This document shows, piece by piece, positions 36,241 through 45,902 of a DNA stretch of 64,000 nucleotides. Position 1 is the first letter of the stretch. Each line of letters starts with the position of its first letter. The stretch is from positions 128,001 through 192,000 of IMG/VR virus record IMGVR_UViG_3300009031_000368, one strand, 5' to 3'. A model generated the notes under the pieces. It did no database searches and was not told where the DNA came from. It saw nothing but the letters and a program-made list of their open reading frames with translations. A program made the translations under genes and the position numbers. The DNA comes from a virus (lineage: Duplodnaviria > Caudoviricetes).

Positions 36241-37731
36241 ATGGATGTGTCACGATATGTATCGAACGTTGATGGAAATGTTTTTGTCATTAAGAATTTA
36301 CCGGAAGAGGTTATCGCCGTATTGTTTGCTAAATACAGCCGGTCAAAGTCAGGATTACGGGATAACATCGTTGAACTGTTGGGGGATGAACATGCTGAAT
36401 TCCATTCAGTTGAATCTGACTTGGCGCAAAACCGAGCCAGCAGGTTCCATGAAAAGTGGGTGATAGGTTACTCGCATGGGTCGGTTGCCGAACACGCGGT
36501 AGTTCATATCGCGCTAGAGAATCTTTCAATCCTTGCCAGTAAAGCGGTTGAGGATTGTCGGCTTGCCAGCTATACGGAGAAATCAACACGGTATGTCCAA
36601 TTCGGACGTGATAGCTTTTATGTGCCGGAGTTTTCTGATGGTGCCGTGAAACAAAGATATGTCGACATGTGCCGGAAGTTGTTTGATACATATCTGCGGT
36701 TATTCCCTATCTGTTTAGATTCCGTGAAGCGACTCTTTCCAAATGACAATGGTGCCAGTAGAACAGCCTATGAATCGGCGTGTCGTTCAAAAGTATTTGA
36801 TTGTTTGCGATACATGTTACCTACATCTACGCTTACCAATGTAGGCATTACGATAAATGCAAGATCATTGGAAGGAATGCTGACAAAGCTTTACAGCAAT
36901 CAATTGCGCGAATGTCAGATGTTGGCAGATGAAATAAAACGTGAAGCCTTAAACGTTGTCCCAACATTAATTCGGTACGCGGCACCAAACACATATCGTC
37001 AAAATGAATCAAACACACTAGAAAGTGTCATCGATCATGTGCCGACATGGGTAAGAGAATTTTGTAACGATGTAAAGCTGATTGCTTCAGGTACAGAAGA
37101 TGATTTATTGTTATATGCACCATATGGCGCACTAAATACCGATATCGATTGTCTAAAACAAGCAATCAACGCTATGCCGGATGATGAAAAACGGATGGCT
37201 GTAGACTGTATGTTTGCAGATCGCGGCCAACATGATGTTGTTCCACGCGGATGTGAACATATCAATTACATGTTTGAAGTCATCATGGATTATGGTGCAT
37301 ATCGGGACATTCAGCGACATAGAATGTCGACACAATCCACACAGCAGTTGACTCCACAGCTTGGTTTTGAAATTCCAGAAGAGATTGTGGCGTTTGGGTT
37401 GGCGGATGAATATAATAGATTAATGTGGGATTCTGAAGATTGTTATTTCAATATTTGTAAAACAGATCCGGAGCTTGCCGCGTATTGTCTTCCGCTTGCA
37501 TTCAGAGTAAGGACACTTGTTTCAATGAATCTACGAGAAGCATTCCATTTTATTGAGCTTAGAAGTTCGGAACAGGGACACATCAGCTATCGTAGGATTG
37601 CACAACTGATGTATCGTTGCATTGCATCAGTTCATCCTAACATCGCAACCCATATAAGAGTCAACAACTCACAATCACCAATATTGGAACGTCTTAATGC
37701 TGAAATACGCAACGATAAAAAAGGAGTGTAG
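36241..37731 (+). CDS. thyX: FAD-dependent thymidylate synthase, tandem two-domain type
   Basis: HGSVAEHA, RLASYTEKSTRY, RDIQRHR, FIELRS..GH. Confidence 0.88.
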   Translation: MDVSRYVSNVDGNVFVIKNLPEEVIAVLFAKYSRSKSGLRDNIVELLGDEHAEFHSVESDLAQNRASRFHEKWVIGYSHGSVAEHAVVHIALENLSILASKAVEDCRLASYTEKSTRYVQFGRDSFYVPEFSDGAVKQRYVDMCRKLFDTYLRLFPICLDSVKRLFPNDNGASRTAYESACRSKVFDCLRYMLPTSTLTNVGITINARSLEGMLTKLYSNQLRECQMLADEIKREALNVVPTLIRYAAPNTYRQNESNTLESVIDHVPTWVREFCNDVKLIASGTEDDLLLYAPYGALNTDIDCLKQAINAMPDDEKRMAVDCMFADRGQHDVVPRGCEHINYMFEVIMDYGAYRDIQRHRMSTQSTQQLTPQLGFEIPEEIVAFGLADEYNRLMWDSEDCYFNICKTDPELAAYCLPLAFRVRTLVSMNLREAFHFIELRSSEQGHISYRRIAQLMYRCIASVHPNIATHIRVNNSQSPILERLNAEIRNDKKGV

Positions 37732-37733
37732 TT

Positions 37734-38144
37734 ATGGCAACAGCCATTGAGCCATGCCGGGCCGGCAAATCATATCTTGATAACAAATTAGGTGCAGCTG
37801 ATGGTGTGGCGACTCTAGGACCAGATGCAAAACTGTCTCAAGGAGAAATTCCGGACAATGTATTGGTAGAAGGTTCTGAAGCAACCTTACTTGCCGATGG
37901 TGCAGTCCACCCTGCCGGATACGTATTGGCGACAGATGGTGCTGGTGGCTTTGTGCTTATCCCGATGTCTTCAGCTATTGGAAGTGCTGAGGATGCCATT
38001 TCGGCAATTGACGTAAATGATGCATCAAGTAATGCAACAACTGATGCTTTTATTTGTGATTCAATTTACATTTTAACAGACAGTGCCGAATCGATTTCAA
38101 GTATCGATTATGCACTTGAGCCAATAATACAGGCTTGGTCATAG
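37734..38144 (+). CDS. probable virion/tail-associated protein
   Basis: GAADGVATLGPDAKLSQGEIP tail-fibre-type motif, VLATDGAGG. Confidence 0.55.
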   Translation: MATAIEPCRAGKSYLDNKLGAADGVATLGPDAKLSQGEIPDNVLVEGSEATLLADGAVHPAGYVLATDGAGGFVLIPMSSAIGSAEDAISAIDVNDASSNATTDAFICDSIYILTDSAESISSIDYALEPIIQAWS

Positions 38145-38153
38145 GAAAACATT

Positions 38154-39059
38154 ATGGCATTTACAGGTCAATACCTTTCAGTTGGTGGAACAGGCAGTTT
38201 TTACGATTTAACGGATTCAGCCTATACGCTGTTTTCAACAATGACAACAAAGTGGACGCTGAGTGATTCCACGGGATCTTCTGGTGCAAGAACATGTCTT
38301 GAAATAAGCGGTCCACCACTTGTTGCCGGCATGGGAGATACAAGAATATTGCTCGCCGGTACGCCGGCCGGTGCTTCTCCGGTTATGGAATCACCCGATA
38401 CATTTCTAACCGGAGGATTACATTGTCTATTGTCACCTGAAGGTGGAACGGAAGTACTTGGCGCATGGGATTCAGGCTCCAACCCATATGGAACATTGCG
38501 GAAAATTGGATTCACACGATGTAGTGCGGCAGCAACAGATTTTAATGAAATTCTGGTATGTGAATCAGACTACTCACTGTTTTTAGGCATTAGGACTGCG
38601 GCGAATTCATATTATGGTTGTTATGCTGGTGCGATATTTAAAAGTCCGGCTACAAACGACAACGAGACCACGGCAGGGCGCAATTTCGGAATCATAACAT
38701 CAAGTTCAACAGCCATTTCAACGACATTTGGCGCAAATTCAGGTGCATTTACCGACCATGTCGCCAGTATAGGAACATCGCATGCATACATGCTGGCTCC
38801 GGATGTTGCTACCGTATGGGCCATCATACGTCGATCCCTTATGAGAGTAGAAGCTTCCACCGATAACACGCAACACAATAATCGACAGTATGAACCATTG
38901 ACATTCCAACGGTCAGCTTCGCCATATTGGCCTGTCGGTGAATTGGAAAACGTAAAACTTGGCAAGATGCAGTGGCGAACTGAGGCAAAAGATCAATGGC
39001 TTGCCTTCGGCGCATCAGTTACTACAAACGTTGATGCACTAATGTTTAAGATGACGTGA
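38154..39059 (+). CDS. possible virion structural protein
   Basis: Ser/Thr/Gly/Ala-rich 301-aa ORF following tail-like gene. Confidence 0.5.
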   Translation: MAFTGQYLSVGGTGSFYDLTDSAYTLFSTMTTKWTLSDSTGSSGARTCLEISGPPLVAGMGDTRILLAGTPAGASPVMESPDTFLTGGLHCLLSPEGGTEVLGAWDSGSNPYGTLRKIGFTRCSAAATDFNEILVCESDYSLFLGIRTAANSYYGCYAGAIFKSPATNDNETTAGRNFGIITSSSTAISTTFGANSGAFTDHVASIGTSHAYMLAPDVATVWAIIRRSLMRVEASTDNTQHNNRQYEPLTFQRSASPYWPVGELENVKLGKMQWRTEAKDQWLAFGASVTTNVDALMFKMT

Positions 39060-39314
39060 TGTAGATACATGATCATTTAGTTGTTGATTTAAATCCACTA
39101 TCCTATCCCGCGAATCTAAAGAAAAAAACACCAACGATACAACGGCTACCAGTAGCAACATGATGACGATACCCATAACGGTCATATAGCTCACGACACG
39201 AACCGACATCGTTTGATACTTTGAATTAAATCTATCTGTAAGGTTGACCATATAATGATTAACAAAATCTATATGGTCAACAACGATTTGTTCCATCGTT
39301 TTATCTTCTTGCAT
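39039..39314 (-). CDS. single-TM membrane protein
   Basis: VVSYMTVMGIVIMLLLVAVVSLVFF. Confidence 0.55.
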   Translation of the reverse strand: MQEDKTMEQIVVDHIDFVNHYMVNLTDRFNSKYQTMSVRVVSYMTVMGIVIMLLLVAVVSLVFFSLDSRDRIVDLNQQLNDHVSTSRHLKH

Positions 39315-39382
39315 ACGTCGGCCCTACATGTTGTTACATAGTAAGAATATGCATCAAATAGTTCATCACTAAGTAGTCGCCA

Positions 39383-39871
39383 CTACTGATTGTATTTTCT
39401 CCACGCTGAAGTTATTGCGGCTTCCAATGTGAGTTCCCGTAAACATTCGAGGCCATTTCCTAGAATCCACCAACAATAACTTTTACCATCAATCGGCGGC
39501 GCCCACCATACGGTTCCTAGTCGCATTTGATCATCATCATTATTGACCAGATACCATTTCCATCCAGCCATAACTTCAACAACATCGAAAGACTCAACCC
39601 TTGGCCGATATTGCTTTTCCTCTATTTGATGTTTTCCCACTATTTGACACAACGACACACCTTCATACCTTAAACGAATAACCACATAATCGCCCCAGTT
39701 GTTAATGTAATCAAATTGTCTTACAATTGCTTTGCGTAAATCATCATCACATATATCATCTCGTGTTATTGTTTCGCATTCGGTGCCGACCGGGATAACT
39801 AATCCCGCGAAGTTCACATAATGCTCTCCGATACTTTTAACGATAATACGATCAGTCGTCACATTAATCAT
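39383..39871 (-). CDS. hypothetical protein
   Basis: 162-aa ORF. Confidence 0.6.
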   Translation of the reverse strand: MINVTTDRIIVKSIGEHYVNFAGLVIPVGTECETITRDDICDDDLRKAIVRQFDYINNWGDYVVIRLRYEGVSLCQIVGKHQIEEKQYRPRVESFDVVEVMAGWKWYLVNNDDDQMRLGTVWWAPPIDGKSYCWWILGNGLECLRELTLEAAITSAWRKYNQ

Positions 39872-39933
39872 AATGTCTCACATAGTTTACATATACTATT
39901 GTTGTATGCTTTTATATTTTAAAATTGGAGAAC

Positions 39934-40404
39934 ATGATGTCAGCAATAGATTCCATTAAATCAACAAACCCTACCAATCCGGGCATGATGATTGACAGTG
40001 AAACCAGGCTCGCACTTTTAGAAAAATCAGTCAATAGTCAAACCGGCACCATCCGTGAAGGTTTGAACGCACAGGTAAAGCACCTAGATCGCGTATCGCA
40101 AAGCCTTGAAAAAATCCGCGATAGAATGGAGCAGAGCTTTGACATGATGTCAAAAAACATGTCAGAACTTAACAGCACCATGTATCAACAGGGATTGATG
40201 ATGATAAATTACCTCCGATGGTATAACATCATGGGTATTGTCACCGTTGTTGCCGTCTGTATCCTGGCTGGATCCAATTTTTACTTCAAGTGGAAGGAAA
40301 TTGAGCTTCGTTCAGGCAGTCAAGCAACACACGTTATCACAGAATCAGCTCAAGCCGCAGGGAATCGGGAAACATCTGAAGTTCCGGTTGTCCCGCGCAA
40401 TTGA
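39934..40404 (+). CDS. coiled-coil protein with C-terminal TM helix
   Basis: GGAG RBS; heptad region then IMGIVTVVAVCILAGS. Confidence 0.65.
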   Translation: MMSAIDSIKSTNPTNPGMMIDSETRLALLEKSVNSQTGTIREGLNAQVKHLDRVSQSLEKIRDRMEQSFDMMSKNMSELNSTMYQQGLMMINYLRWYNIMGIVTVVAVCILAGSNFYFKWKEIELRSGSQATHVITESAQAAGNRETSEVPVVPRN

Positions 40405-40415
40405 TTGCATCCAGC

Positions 40416-40826
40416 TTAATTCTGCCTATGCCATTGCTTCTTACCAGGCACGACTTCATAGCCGAGCCGCCGCATCAGATCCGATAATCCCTGCCTGGAC
40501 AGCTTAATGTTCATATCATCCAATACCGCAACAACGTCACAGGCAACAACGGTCGGTCGGTCTGACATCCACTCCACGATCTTAAGTTCCTGCTCATTGG
40601 TCATCTTCCTGCATATGATGCCTGACTTCTTGTTATACGTCCGACCGATGACCTTGGGATTAATGCCGTGCTCGGCAAGGATCTTCCCAACATCGTAATA
40701 GGTAAGCGCCACACCGACCTTCTCAGCTTCCACAAAAATATCTTTCCTGGTGATATTCTTTTGGGCTAGAATCTTTTCGATCTGTTGTTCCGTCAGCTTT
40801 TGTTTTTTTACTCTTGTTGTATCCAT
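40416..40826 (-). CDS. tandem helix-turn-helix (winged/homeodomain-like) DNA-binding protein
   Basis: two similar units LT.EQ..KI...GV.L...DVGKIL..HG / MT.EQ..KI...IKLSRQGLSDLM..LG. Confidence 0.55.
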   Translation of the reverse strand: MDTTRVKKQKLTEQQIEKILAQKNITRKDIFVEAEKVGVALTYYDVGKILAEHGINPKVIGRTYNKKSGIICRKMTNEQELKIVEWMSDRPTVVACDVVAVLDDMNIKLSRQGLSDLMRRLGYEVVPGKKQWHRQN

Positions 40827-40842
40827 AACATATCCATCATGC

Positions 40843-40874
40843 AAAAGACAAAGGCCGGAGGCTTTCCCCCGGCC
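40843..40874 (-). terminator. intrinsic terminator
   Basis: GGCCGGGGG-AAAG-CCTCCGGCC stem (one G.U) followed by TTTGTCTTTT. Confidence 0.8.
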
Positions 40875-40888
40875 CGTCATCAACGTTG

Positions 40889-41146
40889 TTATACTTCCGA
40901 CAGGTAAAGTACCCTGTCTCGCCACTCCACACGTACCCTGTCACGAGTCATCGACAGAAGGAGCATCGCAGTAACGATCGGGCTCTGCTTCGATGCCGAC
41001 ATTCCACCACTCTTAAGCTTTCGTCGTTTGACGGCTCCACTTCCCATCCCAATATCCCGCTTGGCTCGAGCCAGTAACCGAGATGGGAAAACGAGACTCT
41101 TGGTTGCCGTATCCAACAGAACTCCACGCTTAAGACTAATCAGCAT
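40889..41146 (-). CDS. small basic hypothetical protein
   Basis: GGAGG RBS; ends just before terminator. Confidence 0.55.
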   Translation of the reverse strand: MLISLKRGVLLDTATKSLVFPSRLLARAKRDIGMGSGAVKRRKLKSGGMSASKQSPIVTAMLLLSMTRDRVRVEWRDRVLYLSEV

Positions 41147-41840
41147 GACATACCTCCAAACGTACAGGTTCATTGACTGAGATGAATCCATTGATGGGGA
41201 TTCCCCATCTGGAATTGAGAAGCTTGTAACCGATCCTACCGTCCTTCAAACCTTCCGACAGCTGAATACGTCGTCCAGATTTTGTCAATACGACCTTACC
41301 CATATGCTTGCCGGCCTTCTCGAAACCGTCTGGCAACACTCGATCCATCCTGTCGAAACAGCTGTACAGATCAACAGTTTGTCCTACCGGACGTCCTGTC
41401 GCCATGTTTAACTGTCGGCAGATCCACTCCCACGTAGAAGTGAACCCAACCCTGTCAGCCTTACTGGAATCATAGCCAAGAGCCGCCTTCAACCCATCTT
41501 CATCAAGACTGACCAGTTGAGCTGTCGTTGAGATGCCAGCAGCCAACAGTCGCTTCACGGCTCTGGCCGGAACATCTTTCTCGAATTCTGCATGCTCATC
41601 TGCCGACGCCGATTCATCGGACGAATCAGCGTCATTCTCAATAACCGCCACCGGCTCTCGGTACAGCTCAAGCGCCTTCAACACGCTGGCATACCCTGAC
41701 CGATCGACGATGTCTGGATTAAACCCGACGATTTCCTTGATTTCATCGTGGCTCAATGCCTTCAGCTGTTGCATATCGGTAACGCCGTAACTGGCAAGTT
41801 TCGCGGCAGCACGCGAGCTCATCATGAATCCGTCAAACAT
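41136..41840 (-). CDS. protein with two alphaCTD/NusA-AR-like HhH repeats
   Basis: SSRAAAKLASYGVTDMQQLKALSHDEI / PARAVKRLLAAGISTTAQLVSLDEDGL, acidic linker. Confidence 0.6.
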   Translation of the reverse strand: MFDGFMMSSRAAAKLASYGVTDMQQLKALSHDEIKEIVGFNPDIVDRSGYASVLKALELYREPVAVIENDADSSDESASADEHAEFEKDVPARAVKRLLAAGISTTAQLVSLDEDGLKAALGYDSSKADRVGFTSTWEWICRQLNMATGRPVGQTVDLYSCFDRMDRVLPDGFEKAGKHMGKVVLTKSGRRIQLSEGLKDGRIGYKLLNSRWGIPINGFISVNEPVRLEVCHAD

Positions 41841-41882
41841 CGTCGCAATCTCCCAGCCGTTGAATCATCAAAATCTGATTAC

Positions 41883-41921
41883 AATATAGCATGCCGGTCT
41901 GTTTTTGTCAAGAGAAAATTA
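41883..41921 (-). promoter_or_regulatory. strong early-type promoter
   Basis: AATTTTCTC-TTGACA-N17-TATATT. Confidence 0.8.
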
Positions 41922-42128
41922 ACACCGCGCCACGATATCGCGTTCCAGCACTTCGACGAACCTATCGGTAATCAGGTCATCAACCAGCCACTTGCCGTTG
42001 GGCAGCGATTTAACCAGCATACCGGCCGATACGCCGTCATGGATGTGACCATAGACCGACCTAGCCTTACGCTTCGAGTAGACTTTGAAGTAGTAATTCC
42101 TACCTCTACGAATATTCTTGCCATTCAT
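41919..42128 (-). CDS. hypothetical protein
   Basis: 69-aa ORF, GAGG RBS. Confidence 0.6.
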   Translation of the reverse strand: MNGKNIRRGRNYYFKVYSKRKARSVYGHIHDGVSAGMLVKSLPNGKWLVDDLITDRFVEVLERDIVARC

Positions 42129-42149
42129 TGCTGTTCCTCAAAGTCTCGA

Positions 42150-42495
42150 TTAATCTACCAACAGCTCGGCCAAATCCTGAAGTTCGGAATAAACTTCAGA
42201 ATATCCGGCAGAATGCCCACGATCCCATGCCATATTGAAAGCCTTTTCAGCCTTTGGATGGCCAAATAGACCAACATCATCCAGCGCATCACGCTTGAAG
42301 AGATCCTCCAACCGCCGCGATTCCGCGTTATATGCGTCAATGGCAGCCTGGCGCGATTCCCGTTCATTCTCGTACTTATCAAGCTCAGAAGCATGCCGCC
42401 TGAAATCATCCGGCGTTTTAAGATTCAACATCGACGGCTTACTTACTTGGGCGATCAGGATACGCCATATTGTTCTTGTACGCATCGAAATTCAT
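42150..42495 (-). pseudogene. phage-type hypothetical gene disrupted by a 4-bp duplication (TAAG)
   Basis: AAGGA RBS + MNFDAYKNNMAYPDRPSK*; removing one TAAG at 42438-42448 gives a 113-aa ORF continuing PSMLNLKTP...HPKAEKAF.MAW..GHS.G..EV. Confidence 0.75.
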
Positions 42496-42516
42496 AACAC
42501 TTCCTTTCTTGCAATT

Positions 42517-42738
42517 TTACTCGTAGAAATATCGCCAGTATCCATTGCATTTCCAGTGAATTGCCATATCGGGATGTTCCGTCAATGACGTTGTATACAA
42601 CCTGAAATTCTCGATATTACAGCCTTCAAGCTGTGCCTTATTCCGAAAGGCGTTTTCGGCAAACACAGCGTTTTCTGCTTCAATATAGAGAACAGCAAGA
42701 AGACCCATGAAGGAACCAGTCACGATAAAGCGCGTCAT
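42517..42738 (-). CDS. hypothetical protein
   Basis: 73-aa ORF. Confidence 0.55.
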   Translation of the reverse strand: MTRFIVTGSFMGLLAVLYIEAENAVFAENAFRNKAQLEGCNIENFRLYTTSLTEHPDMAIHWKCNGYWRYFYE

Positions 42739-42785
42739 AGCCGTTCCATTCGTTCATCAACGGTTTCAAATCATCAACTAAGGAC

Positions 42786-42824
42786 AATATACGACACGAC
42801 GGCACAGAAGTCAAGAGGAATTTT
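42786..42824 (-). promoter_or_regulatory. strong early-type promoter
   Basis: AAAATTCCTC-TTGACT-N17-TATATT. Confidence 0.75.
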
Positions 42825-43150
42825 CAATTATTTTGCAACAAGGGTTGTAGCGCTTCGATCCACTCGCTGCAATCGGTCCCCATTCGTAAAGTCACATCAA
42901 CGTACTGACTATTCTCAAATGATGCCGTATAGAGAATCAGCTTTTTGTCCGGGTATTCGGTACGGATTGTTCTGATGTAATCGCCAGGCTCTCCAAATGT
43001 CGCCCCGACACCGTTCCAGTCGCAAATCACGATATCGTAATCTTCTACGTCTCCAACATGTATATCATAACTGACGTCTACCAGATAACCCCGCAATCCC
43101 AACAATTCAGCAAGCGGGAATCCGTTGTCGTTGATGGCAAGGATCTTCAT
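42824..43150 (-). CDS. stand-alone CheY-like receiver domain protein (atypical)
   Basis: MKILAIND, YDIVICD, LILYTA; conserved Lys not evident. Confidence 0.7.
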   Translation of the reverse strand: MKILAINDNGFPLAELLGLRGYLVDVSYDIHVGDVEDYDIVICDWNGVGATFGEPGDYIRTIRTEYPDKKLILYTASFENSQYVDVTLRMGTDCSEWIEALQPLLQNN

Positions 43151-43220
43151 CGTTGGCTCCAAGTTCAAAGTACGAAGACATAATGACATGACTACGGGGA
43201 ATTGTCAAGCAGAATTTATA

Positions 43221-43532
43221 TCAGGCCAGCACAATGGTTTGTGATACCGTGAACATCGATTCGACACGTTCGCGGAGCATCTTAACAAGATGCGTTCGTG
43301 AGTCTTTTGTCAGTTTAGCTTGAAAATTAGCAAGGTGCTCTTCCGCCTTATCGGCGTAAAGTTTAGCGGCATAAAGCGGGAAATCAGAACTCCCATCGCT
43401 CAACAGTACCAGCTGAAAAGTAGCGTCCCTGCTAATGGTGAATGTGGCCGGTACGCCTTCAAATCCGACGATGAAACGTTCACCATCGCCCATAACACTG
43501 ATCCGTATATCTGATTCATTGATATGTTTCAT
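43221..43532 (-). CDS. hypothetical protein
   Basis: 103-aa ORF, GGAAGGA RBS. Confidence 0.6.
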   Translation of the reverse strand: MKHINESDIRISVMGDGERFIVGFEGVPATFTISRDATFQLVLLSDGSSDFPLYAAKLYADKAEEHLANFQAKLTKDSRTHLVKMLRERVESMFTVSQTIVLA

Positions 43533-43807
43533 GTTTCCTTCCTGTTGTGTTCACAAATCGGACAATCTGTCTTATCAACTTGCTGAAATACTACATCTGT
43601 TTCTTCGACGTCTGGAATAAATTCCGTGCATCCGATCGGTTCAAGGTTTAATGATGGTGCAAGTATGATATGATGCTTTTGCCATGGCACAAACATTGGA
43701 ACATCGATGCCCGATACCTGGTAGTATGTTGTACCGTTGTCGCTAACGTTCATGACTTGATTGATAATGAGATCTCCAACAACCGTTCGATAATTTATAG
43801 CATACAT
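43529..43807 (-). CDS. hypothetical protein
   Basis: 92-aa ORF. Confidence 0.6.
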   Translation of the reverse strand: MYAINYRTVVGDLIINQVMNVSDNGTTYYQVSGIDVPMFVPWQKHHIILAPSLNLEPIGCTEFIPDVEETDVVFQQVDKTDCPICEHNRKET

Positions 43808-43831
43808 GGTATTACTTCCTACATAGGTCGT

Positions 43832-44059
43832 TCATTCCGTGAAACAATCCACCAGCCAATCGAATACATCGGCAACATCTGTACTTTTTACATCTACACT
43901 CACATTCCAATCGGTTCCGACTGTGAAATATCGATGACAATGATACTGTCCAGCAAACCCAGATAGCACCACCAATACTTCCGATTCATCACGCTGGAAA
44001 TACCTGATTATCGTTAATCCATTTTCCCATACGTGGCGTAGCCGTTCAAGCGTATCCAT
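43832..44059 (-). CDS. hypothetical protein
   Basis: 75-aa ORF. Confidence 0.6.
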   Translation of the reverse strand: MDTLERLRHVWENGLTIIRYFQRDESEVLVVLSGFAGQYHCHRYFTVGTDWNVSVDVKSTDVADVFDWLVDCFTE

Positions 44060-44061
44060 TC

Positions 44062-44673
44062 TTACTCCACCACAACGATATCTACGTCACAGATACCGAT
44101 TTCTAGCCTGTTGTAGACGATGTTCCCAGAATTTCGGACAAGCTTGTCCCCATCCTGAAATGCATGACTGTATGGCATTGGGGTCCATGTCGTCCATTCC
44201 AGCCAGCTCTTTTCGCTTGATGTATACGTTACGCCATCAATAACGACTTGCTTTGGCTCTTTATCTTGAACTCTGTATCGCCAGTCGTATTCCCATACCA
44301 CCACGAGTCCAAGCTTATCGGTATCGATTCCGCTTTCATGTAGAGCTAGCATCGAACTATGAACAATACGTTCCCTGACTGAAGCCTTAACGACCTTATA
44401 GGTGAGGCGGTTTGGCCTATACTCAATTTCCACACAATCCTTATTAAGCGAACCGACAATGGCTGTCTTTAAACGTTCGATCTCCCGCAAAATGCTATCA
44501 GCGAAGCATTCCATTACACGTTCGGCATTGTGGGTAAACACACCGGCCATGTCTGATACTAAACGCTCCGGATCCACGTAATGGTATGATGTCCGGATCT
44601 TTCGCCATTCGTCACACAATGCGTCCAATCTAGAGATGTCGGAATCGAAACAGTTTACTTTGAAATAAATCAT
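44062..44673 (-). CDS. hypothetical protein
   Basis: 203-aa ORF. Confidence 0.65.
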   Translation of the reverse strand: MIYFKVNCFDSDISRLDALCDEWRKIRTSYHYVDPERLVSDMAGVFTHNAERVMECFADSILREIERLKTAIVGSLNKDCVEIEYRPNRLTYKVVKASVRERIVHSSMLALHESGIDTDKLGLVVVWEYDWRYRVQDKEPKQVVIDGVTYTSSEKSWLEWTTWTPMPYSHAFQDGDKLVRNSGNIVYNRLEIGICDVDIVVVE

Positions 44674-44708
44674 ACATTGCCCTTACGCTATCAACTGCTT
44701 CAACGTTG

Positions 44709-45497
44709 TTAATCGATGTGTGCGACAGCGACATTTAAATCATGATCAGCATCTTTGTCGCAAGAATCTAAATACTCACAAATCGAATACAGCATGGTTC
44801 TGCGCAATTGATTGCACGCCTGGTTGTCGCAAACAAAGTAATCCTCACAGTATGTATCTTCACAGTCACCGCGCGACACATACATGAACGCGGCACGGCC
44901 ATCATACCAGAACGAATCGATGGTAACGAAACTGTTGTCACAGTCCAAAACGTGTTGATGTCGGCGAACCTCACAACCTCGTACTACAATTTCAGAATAT
45001 CGGTCACCGTTAAGACCATCCACCAAATAATCTAGATGACGCCAAACCTCATCACATTCAATCACGGTGTATGGGAAGTTTAGCGCGTCAGCGACCGTAG
45101 GTCGATACAATGCCTTTATACGAACAATTTCGCTTTGCTCTAATGCTACAAATTTAGAATCTTGCTCGAGCCAGTCGATCCAATCTCCAACGTCGCTGGA
45201 CTGTATCAGCTCTTCCCTTGTGTCGAGAGGCTTCCAGTGCTCCAGCACTTCAATTAAATCTTCATCCGTAGCCAAACAGTTTGTAACTCTATCGCCAGAA
45301 CCTGTCACGTCTTCAGGAAATTTCATGCATTCGGCCCATTCCCCATCACCGGCATGGAATGTGCCATCACCGTTACTTACAGCGACTTCCCTGAACCATC
45401 GTGGTTCTCCGTTAAGCAGCTTCCCGGTGAAGAACCGAAGGATGGTTTCGTTTCGGATCCTTCTCATATAAAGCTTACCTGTAACGATGTTTTCCAT
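44709..45497 (-). CDS. hypothetical acidic protein
   Basis: long ORF, start at MENIV. Confidence 0.65.
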   Translation of the reverse strand: MENIVTGKLYMRRIRNETILRFFTGKLLNGEPRWFREVAVSNGDGTFHAGDGEWAECMKFPEDVTGSGDRVTNCLATDEDLIEVLEHWKPLDTREELIQSSDVGDWIDWLEQDSKFVALEQSEIVRIKALYRPTVADALNFPYTVIECDEVWRHLDYLVDGLNGDRYSEIVVRGCEVRRHQHVLDCDNSFVTIDSFWYDGRAAFMYVSRGDCEDTYCEDYFVCDNQACNQLRRTMLYSICEYLDSCDKDADHDLNVAVAHID

Positions 45498-45504
45498 GAT
45501 GGTC

Positions 45505-45810
45505 TCACTTCGCGGTTGAATCGGCAACAATCTTCCATGTCGTTCCGTATATCACAGCATGATCGATATGTCGGGAACTTTTGTGCTCAGCAACAATCAT
45601 CGCTTCCAGGATACGGATCGCACGACGGACAGCCTTCCTCGCATTCCTGGACGTTCTGTAACAACAGGTATTGATTGCAGCTAAACGAAACAATCCGTTG
45701 ATAACGGCATATTCAATAGTTGTTGTCCCGCCAGACAGATAAAACGTAGCTGTTTCAACGCTGAACGTTTTGTGACGTTTGGTTATTTTCCGAGAAACTG
45801 ATTCTGGCAT
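45505..45810 (-). CDS. hypothetical basic protein
   Basis: GGAG RBS, behind promoter. Confidence 0.6.
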   Translation of the reverse strand: MPESVSRKITKRHKTFSVETATFYLSGGTTTIEYAVINGLFRLAAINTCCYRTSRNARKAVRRAIRILEAMIVAEHKSSRHIDHAVIYGTTWKIVADSTAK

Positions 45811-45840
45811 ATATTGCTCCAACGTTTAGTCATCGGTGGC

Positions 45841-45879
45841 AATATAGCATAACGGGCGGATTTTGTCAAGCAGTATTTT
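45841..45879 (-). promoter_or_regulatory. strong early-type promoter
   Basis: AAAATACTGC-TTGACA-N17-TATATT. Confidence 0.8.
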
Positions 45880-45902
45880 TGATTTTGCACTCGTCTGGCG
45901 TG

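Noticed and set aside
39270-39385. Open frame continuing 37 codons beyond the TAG of 39383-39871
   Set aside because: Overlaps the next gene out of frame with no coupling signature; compatible with chance.
40416-40826. IS630-type transposase
   Set aside because: Only HTH-like repeats; no DDE domain or terminal inverted repeats.
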